Positions 1 to 12,941 of a stretch of DNA of 64,000 bases are shown here, in pieces (the stretch's first letter is position 1; each line of letters begins with the position of its first letter). Source of the DNA: Styela clava (taxonomy: Eukaryota); assembly GCF_964204865.1 (NCBI RefSeq), contig NC_135260.1:14198001-14262000 (forward strand), in the 5' to 3' direction. The position numbers were made by a program, and so were the translations under genes. The notes beneath the pieces were generated by a model, which saw only the letters and a program-made list of their open reading frames with translations, had not been told where the DNA came from and did not search any database.

Positions 1-52
1 GGGTTCAACAATATATAGTTAGTTAACATTATTGTATTTTTAATTTTTCCAG

Positions 53-272
53 GCTTCTTGAAACTTCAAGAGGTCTATGTAAAAATGCTCGCAAAACACA
101 GAAATCTACACGGTCCCTTCAAGTTTCTAGCCAGCGTCATGTGACTATTGAACAAACACCAAGAAAACCTAGTTTAATACCTCTACCACGTCATTCAAGT
201 GTAACAGCAGCAGGGAACAATCTACAAGTTTCATCAAATGAGGAAAAAGACAAACCAGCAGAAAATAAATAA
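53..272 (+). CDS. 3'-terminal coding exon of a gene that starts upstream of the window (low-complexity C-terminus LLETSRGLCKNARK...EKDKPAENK*)
   Basis: Polypyrimidine acceptor tttttccag ending at 52, then 72 open codons to TAA at 270-272, with AATAAA motifs overlapping the stop. Product not identifiable. Confidence 0.55.
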
Positions 273-631
273 ATAAATGATTATTGTGGAGTTTTGTTTT
301 TGTGTGTACTGCGCTTAACAAGATCTGCATTATATGTGAAAATAACCATAATGATTGAAAAAGTATAGACAGTTAGAATTATATAAAAAGAATGCAAATA
401 GGGAAAAAAGTAGTCACCACATGGCCACTCGTGATGCTGGATAGATACCTAAACCAGAAATGATCTATGTTTGAAAAGCAGACTTATGAGTGAACAGTAA
501 GAAATATTGTATATATAAACAATTATTAATTATCACAACAATACCAAACTAAAATTTAATTTGTTACTAGATTTGACAAATCTTTCATTTTTCTCCCAAG
601 TAATGATGTGAACTTCCTAAAATTAGTTTAC

Positions 632-3600
632 CTTCTCTGCCTCTTTCTGAAAGATGGTCTTTCTTCTGAACCATGTTTGCACTGTGTTGCCTCCTTCTAT
701 TTTGTGCGGCTCTGTTTAGTCCATCTGATTTTGCAAGTTTCTTCTCAAGTTCCAGATCATGATGACGATTTTCATGGATGTATTTTGTAGCTGAGACTCT
801 TTCTTGCCTTTGAAAATACAGATATCATTCCAGACAAACTTGATAAAAAATAGAATTAGCAACAAAGCATAACTGCACTAGCGATGACTGAGAGCAGAAA
901 ATTTTATCAAAGTTGGCAAATAATAAAAGTTTCATGTAAACTAAATAAATATGAATAGAAATGGGCCAAAATTGACATATTACCAGAAACTAGCCGATAT
1001 AGCGTATGGCGCTAAGAACACGCTTTCCATCGCACCTTTGATAACCCTGCGTGGGTTAGCAGGTACGACTCCTGTGGATGAAAGTTATGTGCGGAATATT
1101 TGTTGGACTCTTCGCCGTCTTAGGGTGGTTCACCTAACCGCTGGTCAGATACGGCCTCCTGTCTCATCAAGTCCATGCATTTAAAAACAAAAATTGGTTA
1201 ACTTATCCAATATCCTGAATTGTCCCATATCCTACATCGACCGGTAACCGATCGAGAGGTTGTGGTACTCCATATGATTATTGGCTTTCTTGTCCCACAG
1301 GATAAATGTGTAAATCCTATCTTATCCTATACAAAGTGAACAAAAGTTCGCCTGAAACTTTATCCTCAAAATGATATATTTTGGATGAAGATTGCAGTTA
1401 TGCTGTCACTACAACTACAATATATGTCTTTCATTCCAATTTGAAAAAAAAACGTCTATAAACATCTGACTAGGCCTGTACAAGATATTTTCACATCCTT
1501 ACTTTTTATTTTCAGTTGCAGCAACTCTTCCTTTCATAGATTCCATGTTCATTGCAATGGATAATTCACCGAGTTGTTTTGTTAGTCTAAAAGTTGCCTC
1601 CTCTTTTCTCTTTAGCTTTTCCTCGAATTCCCTTGTTATTCTGTCAATCTCAATTTTTCGAGTTTCAAGTTCAGTCAATTTTAATCGATATTGACGCTCT
1701 GCATCAGTTCTGAAACACAAATGAACTGTTTTATGATGGAAGCAGGGCTGGGGAACTCGTTCGAAATCACAGTAGCTCTGGATCCAGCTCCGGAGCTCCA
1801 TATTTCACATAGAAGCTGGGCTTCAGTTCCTGTTGAGGTTTTTGACCAATTGTGGTTTTTAAGTATGACCAACTAACTACTGCCATGGAATATCTGCACA
1901 AATGCAGTTTAGTGGAAGCAGGACTCAAAACGATGATATGAAGGTTTCAAATTTTTAAAATTAAATTTTGAAAATAAAAATTAAACTTTTAAATTAATAT
2001 TATACATTGAAATTTATCAGCTGAAAAAGATAGATTATAGTATTTGTATATTTGAAAAATCTTAAACGTTAAAAAAAATTCGGTGGTTAGAATTTGGAGT
2101 CACTGAAATTCCACCAGCTCCATTTAACACAGTAATCCTGGCTCCAGCTCAAGCAATGTCACAGCTCTGTGGCGCAAGGCTACGGCTCCCCATCCCTGGA
2201 TGAAAAGATAACTAAATTATGAAAGCTCTTCCTTTCATGAAAAGATGATATCACAATATTAACAACCATATGATCCCAAAGAAAGCTTACCCCATTACTG
2301 TTTTGACTATTATCCTCTGTCATTGGTAGGCTTGACAATACCATTCCCTTTGGATCAAATGTTTTAACCTCATTTGAAGTATCAACAAAATTACAAAATA
2401 TCTGTTCAGTAAGGGTAAATAAAGCACAACCAGTGCTAGCTGGACAATATAAAATGCTGGCGTTTTGAATTTATATACAGAAAACTTCATCAGGGCATGA
2501 TATGGAAAAGACTCCTCCTGCCTGTAAAGAAATTCGAAACATCCGCAAATTACATTATTTTGCTAACACCGGTTGTGCTTTATTTACCCTCGACATGAAT
2601 ATACCTGGTGGTAATCATGCGCTATATGTTCTGTAGGTTTTTGTGGTGAAATATTAAACGTAAGATCTTGTGTTTTCCAATATTACATCTAGTAAAAAAA
2701 AAATCAAACAGTAGAAAAACATAGAAGTTTATTTATTTCCTACACAATCAGTGCATTCTTCCTCAGCTTTGCTTTTGCCTGTTGAAGATCATCATGGGCT
2801 TTTGCAATTCTTTGTTTCGTCCTCTCCTCCTTTGCATGAGTGGCTTCAACTTTGACCTTCAAACAAATCAAATCGATATATATATACTATGTGCATGCCC
2901 CCAATAGACAATACGTTTATTTCGTCGTGCTAGAAATCATGACTCAAATTCGAAATAAGAAAAAAAAATATGCATCACAGTAACAGATTTCATTGCAATT
3001 GAGTGGAAGTCGCGAAGGACCAGAAATGGTCATCATAAGTCTGCGACACCAAGATTTAAAACAAGTTAACATTAAAAATTGAAATAAAAGAAAGCAATAA
3101 ACACAACGAGAAACTTAGTCCTTCAATAATTTACCAATAAGGTTGATATGAATCTTCATATATGATTTGAGAGAGAGAGTAAAAATAAAAGTCGGGAAAA
3201 TTCAATTGATATACAGTAATTGTAAAATAAATCACCATATCATTCAGCTGTGCTTCTGTACAATTGCAGCAATTAAATTTTCATCTATTGTCATATGCAA
3301 CATTAAATCGAGCAATCATTTTATTTGATAAGAAAAATTAAATTAAGATGGAATTTTTTCATATGAATTTATGAAACAATTCATTACCTTTTCTGTTTGT
3401 TCAATCGTAGTGTTTAATCTTTTTTCTTCGTCCAACATCTTTTTAGCCATTGCTGAGAAAAAGACAAAAAAATCTATTACTTCACATTTTTTTGGTTTTC
3501 AATAGTTGCTTGAAACTGAGAAATTAAGATTGAATTTTATCACATCGATCTAAGTTTTGTATCTGCCAGATTTAAATTGGTACAAACGGTATTTGTGTGA

Positions 3601-5594
3601 TATTTACAAAATTGTTATTATCGTTTTATTTTTATTGATGAATAAATCTGTGTCAGAAATAGAAATATTTAATTTATGATCTACAGAAAACTCACTAAAA
3701 ATTTTCTTCACCCCATAGAAAAAACAAATTTGATTGAATGCACTATTTATTTGAATTAAATCCTCTAAAATACTCTACTGAGTAGCTATTGAATATGTGA
3801 GTACCATTTTCATATTCTCTCATATTTCTTTGCAATAATCTTTTCTTTTTAATGACGTCTCCTTCCACTCTTTTTATTTCTCTTTCTTCTTGCTTGTGTT
3901 GCCACATGTGATCCTGAGAATGAAACGCAAATCATGAAACAAGATAGAAATTTCAATCTGGCATTCCATTCCTCTGACATTTCTTTAATGCTTGAAAGAT
4001 AACAACAATATTATGCAATACAGATCAATTTGTATGGGACGTTTCTCTGTACTTTCATTTAGAAACAAGTTTCGGAGCAAACGTTTATTGACAGCTAATG
4101 TTCTAATGACATAGTTAGGCACAGACTACCAAATTTTCAACATTATGTGTGAAATGCAAGTTCACTTGACTAATGTAAAATAAACTAATGGGTGTCATTT
4201 TCAATCATTTATTTAAAAGAGTTTATAACGGTAGAAACATCGCCGGAGCCACAATTGTGCAATGTCATTTGGTCTCCTGGTACAGATTTCATCTGGGCAC
4301 TTGGTATTTTGAAATTTGACGTTCGAATAATGTCAATTTGATAAAAAAAATAGGTCCTTGAAGTGAAGTTGCAATCACTTCTCATCTGTGACATCATAAG
4401 GAACCCCATCATCAAATGTCAATTATAATGATTAGAATGGCCAAAAAATAATGCAAAGGAACTTTTCATCCTGACATGTGTCCCTAAGCACTAGCCTTTT
4501 GCATCAACAATGTACATCGCATTCATACACACACACATATCAATTTCAAGAATATGAAATATAAAAAATGAAAGTATTACCTCAATTATTTTCATTCTTC
4601 TTTCAAATTCTTTTTCATAAGCTGCTGTTTTATGAGCAAGATTAATAACATTAGTTGGTTCTGAATCTGGTTTCTTGAGAGCGGCTACCCCGGCGCGAGG
4701 AGGGGGAACAGTTAAACCTCTCACATTGAAAGTATGGTTGTATCTCCTGGAGTCTAAAAATCCACTAGGTCCCAGAGTTCTCTCATTTTCTCTGCAAATT
4801 TCAAGTGAATTGCAATGATTTAGCTATGAAATCATTAACCACATTTTTACAAAGTTCAGTAGGCTATAGGCTATACAATCATAACAAATTGGCACATTAC
4901 CCTGAGAGATTGGCACATCTCACATGTTCGTTAACGCTTTGTTTACTGCATGGTACAGAGTGTCAAAAAATTTGAGTAATTCATTGAATAAATAAATAGA
5001 AATACATACTTTAAAAATTTTGCATATTCTACTCCAGACATTTCTTTTTGTTCGTCTTTCTTCACATCTCGTACAAACCCAAGGCTTGTCCGCCGAGGAC
5101 TTGTGGGAGTCTGAATACAAGGCTTTAGATGAATATAATATTCTGTTTTTGAAAATGACATTCCAATTTTAATTTTAGCTTATCTAATGCAGGTTGTCAT
5201 GTATAAACAGAGTAAACAATATATATTGCTTCGTAATCTAGAAGAATTTCCACGCTGCTGTCATAAATGTCAATGAAATTTTCAATAATAATTTCAGACT
5301 CATTTTATGGAATTATGAAAAAGAAATCACCATCAGAAAGCCAGTTCTTTCGATACACAAACGTGTATATTAATATTTACTCATTACCATGCACAAATAA
5401 GTGTATATGAGTACCTTTGTCCTTGGTTCCAGAGGTTGATGAACACTGGACGGCCGAGTGACATACTCATATCTATTCTGTAATTTAGGTCTCATTTCGA
5501 ATGGTAGATTGGTGAGAGTGTGATAGGTTGATTGAGCTTTCGGGCCTCTGTCCAAATATGGAACATGCATTCCATGGCCAAGATGAGAAGGCAT
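632..5594 (-). CDS. Uncharacterized coiled-coil protein (at least 8 coding exons, about 390 aa visible, 3' end unresolved)
   Basis: Phase-consistent GT-AG exons 5415-5594, 5010-5122, 4581-4791, 3805-3913, 3388-3452, 2744-2856, 1503-1709, 632-807. Spliced product MPSHLGHG...KEFERRMKIIE|DHMWQHKQEEREIKRVEGDV...TDAERQYRLKLTELE...QERVSATKY...ERGRE is E/K/R-rich. The last exon still ends in a donor (gtaaac at 631). Confidence 0.8.
993..1330 (+). mobile_element. tRNA-derived SINE
   Basis: tRNA-like head GCCGATATAGCGTATGG (A box), B-box-like GCAGGTACGACTCCTG at 1059-1074, unrelated body and (ATCCT)-type tail at about 1315-1330. Lies in an intron. Confidence 0.6.
1743..2198. mobile_element. Non-autonomous hAT-like MITE
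   Basis: Terminal inverted repeats (TIRs) cagggctgggga / tccccatccctg, GGCTCC/AGCTCC subterminal repeats, degenerate 8-bp target-site duplication (TSD) gatggaag/gatgaaaa. Confidence 0.6.
2412..2590 (-). other. 29-bp inverted repeat (predicted pre-mRNA stem) in an intron of the coiled-coil gene
   Basis: Arms 2412-2440 and 2562-2590 match at 27/29 positions. Both mismatches are G:U pairs on the - (sense) strand. Confidence 0.7.
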
Positions 5595-6104
5595 TTTGTA
5601 ATTGAATATACAGAATTTAATATAAATGAACCTAATGAGTTGTTCAAAGTAATATATTATAATAAAAAGTGTTCAGTGCATTAATGTGCTCGACTTGAAT
5701 TTACCAACAGGACATACTTGGAACTACACATATCTTATCAAAGTTTGAAAACGGTGGTTTGTCCCTAGTTCCGTGGAATTGCCCTTATGTACTACTGGGC
5801 CAAATGAAAATTTTTCGGGTAGTGTGCTAGCCATATTTATTTCCGGCTGTCAACAATTGCGACATTCAACTTCTAATGATGGCGCTCACACCACTGAACT
5901 ACAAAATAAACACCTTAAAACAGCCATTATTGTGACATACATTCATGCACAGATAATAATGATTTTATTAGCCTTTTTTGTAATATGCTCTGAAAATGAG
6001 GTCGTTGAACGCCACAAAAAAAATTTTGCAGGTCAGTTTGCCAATTATTGCTTCAAAACAAGTAGCCTACCACAAGCAAATAAAAATACTTCTATGCATT
6101 AGAC

Positions 6105-6735
6105 CAGGGGCCTCCAACACGCGGCCCACCAGGCATTTTTTTGCGGCCCGCATCATGGTTGGGATTTTTCCACAAAAAACTAATGTCACTATTAGTAAGT
6201 TTTATCGTGTCATTTATCATCAAGAGTCTGGTCTGACAAACTGTATAAAGTGAAGCAAAAATTTCCCCCTGTTATCCATGTCCATGTTTTATTCCATTGG
6301 TATAATTCAATTATAAATGCAATAATTTCATTATGCGTGTTCATTGTGACGAAATAAACGATTTTGTTCAGTCCATTGTGCCGAAGAAAGGTTCGCAAAG
6401 CTAATTGCACATTCATGTCGCATATGTTTGGCAGTTCTTATATTTGCAAGCAGTTTTTTTTTTCAACTATGAATGTTAGTCATTCCTCCGCGCACGACTA
6501 ACGGACGAGCATTTTCATGTTGTCTTAGGACTAGCAAACCAACGCAAAATAAGGCCAAACATCGAGACCACGTAAATGAATATGTTTCATGTCTCATTTG
6601 CTGTAAGATTCAAGTGTAATTTCAATACATTACATTCAGATACCCTCTTTCGTACCTAATTTATTGGCTTGCGGCCCGCGTAGTGGATAAATTTCAAAAA
6701 GTGGCTCGCGACATGTTCTGAGTTGGTGACCCCTG
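6105..6735 (+). mobile_element. Non-autonomous hAT (Buster/Charlie-type) element with transposase remnant
   Basis: TIRs caggggcctccaac / gttggtgacccctg, perfect 8-bp TSD CATTAGAC (6097-6104, 6736-6743), internal decayed hAT C-terminal motifs (MFGSSYICKQ...RLTDEH). Confidence 0.85.
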
Positions 6736-9729
6736 CATTAGACTATTGCCAAATGGTTTTGAATTTGAGTCTGACTTGATCTGACTTTAAATCTTTAGAA
6801 ACAGTATGTCAGTAAAAACTCCCCAATCAAAATCCTGGCTCATTATTGATCATGATAAACAAAACCTCTCAAGAGTGTTGTCTTCAATTAATAAATTTAG
6901 TGCCAGCAAATGCACTTGACCTTCATCTGTTTGTGAGTGTCTGTTTCACAAATACAGAACTAAAATAAAAGATATACCGGTAGTCTATGTTATCCCCTAT
7001 CAAAGAGTCTCACATTCAACTAAATATAGATTATGCACATATTGATATAAAATGCTCAAATATTAATACTCAAATAAAAAAAATAACTTAATCTGTTCAC
7101 ACAGTATTTGCAATTACGCTTTTTCTGTTTCCTGTTTTATCACTTCTATTGTGGATGTACACTATGGCAGATTTATCTTCACCATTGTATCAAGGGGATA
7201 TTTTAGTATTATGTGAAGGCAGTCTTGAATACCTCCTTTGTATTTATACAGGTAATCTGAAACAAAGGACACTTAAGAGTCACGTTTCAATAATAAAAGA
7301 ATAAGTCAATACACGATGTCGATTATGATACCACTTTTACCGACAATGTAATACAACACCATTCTTAAAACATAATGTGGTACAAGTTAATTTCAATTAG
7401 TAATTTTTAAAGTAATGAAGGTCATTCCAGGGCCTGATGCCTATTTTATCTGCTTTGCTACAAAATTTTGATAACATTTGTAGTCCAATGAATAGTCAAA
7501 AGTCATCTTATGATAAGATAAGAGAATAAAAAAATAGGAAATAAATATACATCTCTAGTAATTTTTGATATATCAAAATACATTTTTTAGCTTTCTACAC
7601 CATCCAAGGGTATGTGTATAGAACAAACAAATGTCTAGTCAGTTATTTGCATACACAAATCTCTTGCTATAAACGAAGTCAAAAGGTATGACTATTTTGT
7701 TTATCTGATAGCCGATTACTGTTATAGTTTTTAGATTTGTCAATGAGTTTTCATTCATAAATAATTCTAGTCATTCTAGTGATTGCATTGAAGCGTGGAT
7801 ATGCGACTGAAATAAGAAAAATTTCTGAACCCTTTTTTCAGAAATTTATCTACCTGCATACTTTATCAGACACTATGAAGAAAGTTGATGTTCAATTTAC
7901 TTAAATTTCCAGATCTACTTTCGACTTTCGCTGTGTATGATACAAGTTAAACCCGGAAAATGACTCAAATAAAAATGGGAATGCAAAAGAGAAAATAAGA
8001 TTGTAGTAATTAATCCCTAATTAATTAATTTTGAATGAATTATGAGTGATGCCCATGGACAAGTGATTGTAGTTGATGTCTTCTGGACAAAACATGGAAG
8101 ATACAAAAAGGTGGTGAAAAAGAGTTCAATCTATGATTTATGTTCAAAATTGAAAAAAATAAAACAAACATACATGCACACAGTCGAAAAAATCAACGAA
8201 TAATCCACCCAAAAAACTGCTAAGCTATGTAAAATTTGTAGGATTGGCATTTTCTAAATAAAAATCTTGATGGTGGCGTGGATCTCAACACAGCAACACA
8301 ATGGTGAGTTAGTTGTGTATGTAACTTTATACCACAATGAATTTTACTGTTTTGGGAGAGGAAATTTTCATTTTTTATTTGTGTGCATTATTACTAATAT
8401 TGACTCATTTAGTAGTATCGGGATTATATTTATACACACATCACAAACTATTCAAAAAAACGAGTGCAAGTTGCACAAAGCACCAGTTAATGACCCAATA
8501 ATGGTTGAACAGCAAAAAACAATGATATGCATAGTGATTGATGAACTTGTAAATCAGCAAATATACTCAAATAGCCTGAATAGCAGAGAATACTGGAGTA
8601 GATAATTTGAATAGCTATTGCCTGATTATGGTATTGAGTCACACTCCATATGTTGATATGGCACCTACTACAATGCGAGGCACTTGGCACTCAGGTAAGT
8701 GATCATTTCTGAATACCATACCTGTCTTCCTAAAATATGATTAAAATTTGGGACTCCAGGAATTACAAAGTTCTTGAATTAGTAGTACATCTGACAGTAC
8801 AGTACAGCAGCAGCGGCTACCTATCTCAACTTTGAAAAGTTGGTCTACCACAGTACTACTGTATGACTGTACTGAGGCTATTGCAACTTGACAAGTCCTG
8901 CTACTGCTGTAATATATATCTGTATATTGATTGATAGGCGCTGCCAATATACTGATAAGTCTATATCAGTGGGGGTAATTACTCCTAAAAGGGTAATTTG
9001 ACAATTTTTATGGGGTAGTCAGATGTTCACTGACTTAACAATTTCATTTGTGATCGCTGGTCTATGAGAAGGCTGGACGTGAAGCGTAAAGAACCTACAA
9101 CAATGCTTTGACGTAAAGAACGCTCAAAATGATGAGAGAATGGCACAGAGAGGCAACACAAAAGGCTACATTGCTATGATGACACATGAAAATACTACAA
9201 ATGTGGAAACCAATGTGGAATGTGAGTTCGTGCATGATAATTCCACTCACTTAATTGTAATAGAAACTGCTGTCAAACAGTACGGTACTTTTCTGGAAAT
9301 GAAGATCCACATTAGAACTTGTAGGTCTGTAGGTAGCAAGCCATTTTGGGGTAAAGCAAGCGCGATTACCGTAGTTATAACGATATGGCTACGAAAGTTG
9401 AATTTCTCAGATTGCGTCTTACTCGAAAATGAGAATATCACATTATTTTCCAGAAGGCATTGACATTTTTGATTTAATTTCATTCAACTTATCGCCATAG
9501 AAATAAAATAAGGAAACAAGCTTATGATTTACATTAATATGGGATGCTTTCCTCTTTGTTGGCTAGATTTGATAGTTTGGTATAATAGATGCAGTGACAT
9601 CTCTCCACTGAGAATAAACCAGGTCTCTCTTCTGTTCTTTTGTTTACAGGTCTATAAGTTCTTATGTTATTGTGGCTAATTAAGTCTGTAATCAATATTG
9701 CAGTAACAGAACTGCAGAATGGTCTATAC

Positions 9730-10507
9730 TAGTGGTCTGCAACCACCGGGACGCGGCCGGTCGGCAGAAGGGTGACAGAAAACGGGAAAGGCCCCAATAA
9801 CAATTGTGCAATCTAACCCCAAACACTGCGACTAAAAACAGCAAACCAGGCAAACACAACGCATTTTAGCAGCATGTCTGACTTCAAACGTAACTACGCA
9901 AGTATGTCGCAATAATGCTGCGTCCTTTGCATCTACGTAAAGAAGTCTTATTCCAATCCGAATAAGATCTCTCAAACAAAATGATTCTCGCTGACAGTGT
10001 GACTACTAACTAGTAGCTAACCGGTCATACCTAGTCAGTGTTAATTCTATACTTTATGATAATCCTAAGGGTAGCACATTTTGTAGTAAAATTAGTTATG
10101 GCTAAACAAACATAAATAACGTCAAACATTAATCAATACCCAGACATAGCTACAGGAGCTTTACAGGCATAATTACCTTTTCCGACATCGTATTTATGTG
10201 AGGCCAAGTTTTTAATATTGACAACTACAAAAACAAAATATCAAAGTAGTCTGGATGTAAGATAAGGTGTATCACTTTCCGCCATATCTCCAAATTGGGA
10301 ACAGTTAATGGTCAGTAAACAAATACAGATATCGCATTAAATAGCATCACCTTCGTTTTTGAGTATACTGTCAACATGAATATCCTAACTCGTATAATTT
10401 ATCACATAAGCTTAGTTCGTTTGTATAAAAGTCTGAAAGTGGTCGGACAAAATTTTGGTCAGGCTTTACCGGTCCGTCACTCAATTAAAAAAGGTTGCCG
10501 ACCACTG
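9730..10507. mobile_element. Non-autonomous hAT element
   Basis: TIRs tagtggtctgcaacc / ggttgccgaccactg, perfect 8-bp TSD GTCTATAC (9722-9729, 10508-10515). Confidence 0.85.
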
Positions 10508-10689
10508 GTCTATACTGATACTGCAATATGTATTAGAAGTAACTAAATATGTGAACACAAAAATAAAAGCTAGATTATAGTAAAAATGTACAAGCATATC
10601 ATCGCAAAGTCGCATTACAGCATAAAGAAACCAAAACTTGATCTCCCTTGATTGATGCCGAAACATGCTATGCTAGGTCATAGGTCAAG

Positions 10690-10737
10690 CAGCTGATTAA
10701 CAGGCGTCGTTGTCACGACAACAACATCAGCTGATTA
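10690..10737. promoter_or_regulatory. Candidate RFX X-box flanked by two E-boxes
   Basis: GTTGTCACGACAAC at 10709-10722 (consensus GTTGCCATGGCAAC), between two identical CAGCTGATTA 10-mers (10690, 10728). YY1-like AACATGGCG at about 10838. Confidence 0.45.
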
Positions 10738-10884
10738 GTGATATATGTCGCCCACTACTGGACGAAACTAAGCATGGACGATGGCGATGTGATGACATTT
10801 TCGAGAAGGTAAAAATGAGGTTACCATTAAACGATATAACATGGCGCGAAGAAAGCGCGACTGAGTTAAAGAATTACGTCAAAA

Positions 10885-12941
10885 GTTTGGTGCATTCCGT
10901 ATTCCACCGAAAAATTCTGTACTTTACAATAGCTTGCCTCAATTTTAAGTATAATAACCTAAAGAACATGTTGTGAGGTTATCTTGAACAAGATTCAAAA
11001 ATTGTATGTCGAGAACATGTCATAAGTTTCTGCTAAACATCGCCCAAACAAAGAAATTAATATCAAAATTCTAAATATTGGTATTCCACCAAAAAATGAT
11101 GTACCTGAAATAACGACAAGTATTCTAAAACCAAGTTTTAATGAAATTGTATGTCGGGAACATATGATAATATCTTGTCAAACATGGTCCAAATTAGGAT
11201 TGTACACCAGAATTCATAACTATCGGTATTCTACCTAAAAAAAATCTGTATTTTCTGTTAGACGGTCCTACGACCAAGTGAAATATCCTGATAGAACATA
11301 TTGTAAAGTCATCTGGGACAAAGTTTTATAAAAATTGTATGCCGGGAACGTATGGCCCGAACATGAATTTCACACAAAAATTCACGAATATCGGTATTCC
11401 AAACGGATATTCATTTTGATATTTGTTTCTAGCTTTGGTCATATGAGAAGGGAAAACACATATTTGTCATTTGAATTGGATTTCATTTAAGAGCTCTCAT
11501 AAATTTGTATAATATTTTGATCAGATATATTTGACACCGTTACCACTGATTCACATGCACAAATCGAATTTGGCAAATTTATCCGAAGCAACGTATATTA
11601 TAAACGTATATATACTATGTGTAGTAAATCAGTCTCCTCTGAAAATAATTTTGAGTTTCGTAATTCATTATTTACGGGGTGAAACATCTTTAGGGGTCCA
11701 ATAGTGGCTGGAGATATATTCTTGTCAATTTATCTTTATTGGGCACGTAGTGGACATAACGATCGTTTCAAAATTTTATTGTTATTATTTGTCTCCGTCA
11801 ACACGTTTTGAAGAAATCGCTTTTCTCTTCGAATACTGGACCAATTGCTTTGAAATTTTCAGTGGGTTAAGATAAAAATTTTCTTCAAAAGGCTATTACT
11901 TTTTTTTCCGCTATGACGTCATCAAAATATGTGACTCTACGTGTCCATATATTTGAGCATAGCTCTCTTGTTTTCAATTCGGAATCGTTTATTTCTCTAT
12001 TTCTCAATTTCCTGATCAATTTGTTTCTTGTTTTCAACTTTCCTTTTTGGGACAAACAATCAAATTATCTTTGTATTCCCTATTCAGAGAATTATGGAGT
12101 TCACCATACACTGTATCAATCTCTCCAAGACGTTTAAATCGCCTGTTGTTTAGTTAAGTTCGCTTCTGTTCTTACTGACTTTTTTCTATGATTCCTTTAG
12201 TGCAATTATCTCGTGATATATTTTGTTTCTCAGAAGCTGAGACTTTGAAACAGAAGGTCGAATATCTCGCATATCCAATTGAATTTTCATATCTGCCGAA
12301 TCACCTACTATCAGACTTTTCCAAAAAGATATTTCGGGGACACAATATGTTCATTTAGAATATCTTGGGTAAAAGTGGGGACGGCAAACGAAAAGTAAAG
12401 GATTTTTGGATGGAATACCGATATTTATGCATTTGGATGAAAATTTCTTTGTTTGGGTCCTTTTTAAATTGAAATTTATGACATGTTCGCGATATACAAA
12501 TGATATAAAACTTGGATCGAAATGACTTCACAATATGTTTTTAGGATATCTCACTTCAATGTGGGACCGCCCATCGGAAAATACAGAATAACCGAGTGGT
12601 ATATCGATATTCGTAAATATTGATGTAAATCTCTTGTTTGGGCCATGTTTGGAAAGATATTAAAACATGTTCCCGACATACACTCATTATGACGTCACAA
12701 TATATATTTCTCAGCGTATCGTACTTAAAAGAGGAGCCGGCAACTGGAAAGTGCAGAATTTTTTGAGTGGAATATCGATAAATTCATGTTTGACAGGAAT
12801 TCATGAAATGTTCCCGACATACAAATTTCAAAAAACTTAGTTCGAGATGTCACAATACGTTCTTTTGGATTATCTTACCTAAAAGTGGGGCAGCCCATGG
12901 AAAGTACAGAATATTCTGGTGGAATATGGAATGCACCAAAC
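10885..12941. mobile_element. Foldback-like element with long modular inverted repeats
   Basis: Left arm about 10885-11400 and right arm about 12400-12941 are inverted copies (outer ends tttggtgcattccgtattccacc / ggtggaatatggaatgcaccaaa). Each arm has about 4 diverged 145-185 bp units carrying GTATTCCACC and TGTATGTCGGGAACAT motifs. Confidence 0.65.
11736..11972 (-). mobile_element. HINE/DINE-1-like non-autonomous element, family A
   Basis: Ends aacaagagagc...gctcaaatatatggacacg and cgtgcccaataa (on - strand). Related copies at 51867-52257, 53788-54043 and 60017-60698. Confidence 0.6.

Noticed and set aside
2744-2765. Possible non-canonical GA-AG intron at CTGAG|GAAGAA
   Set aside because: A canonical GT donor of the same phase lies 18 nt further on (GT|GTAGGA at 2743) with an open frame.
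7107-7256. Exon-like segment readable on either strand (MADLSSPLYQG... on +, DYLYKYKGG...* on -)
   Set aside because: No phase-consistent continuation into a recognisable protein; at most a UTR exon.
8267-9483. Overlapping 67-112 aa ORFs
   Set aside because: No motifs or consistent splice structure; expected by chance or from decayed repeats.
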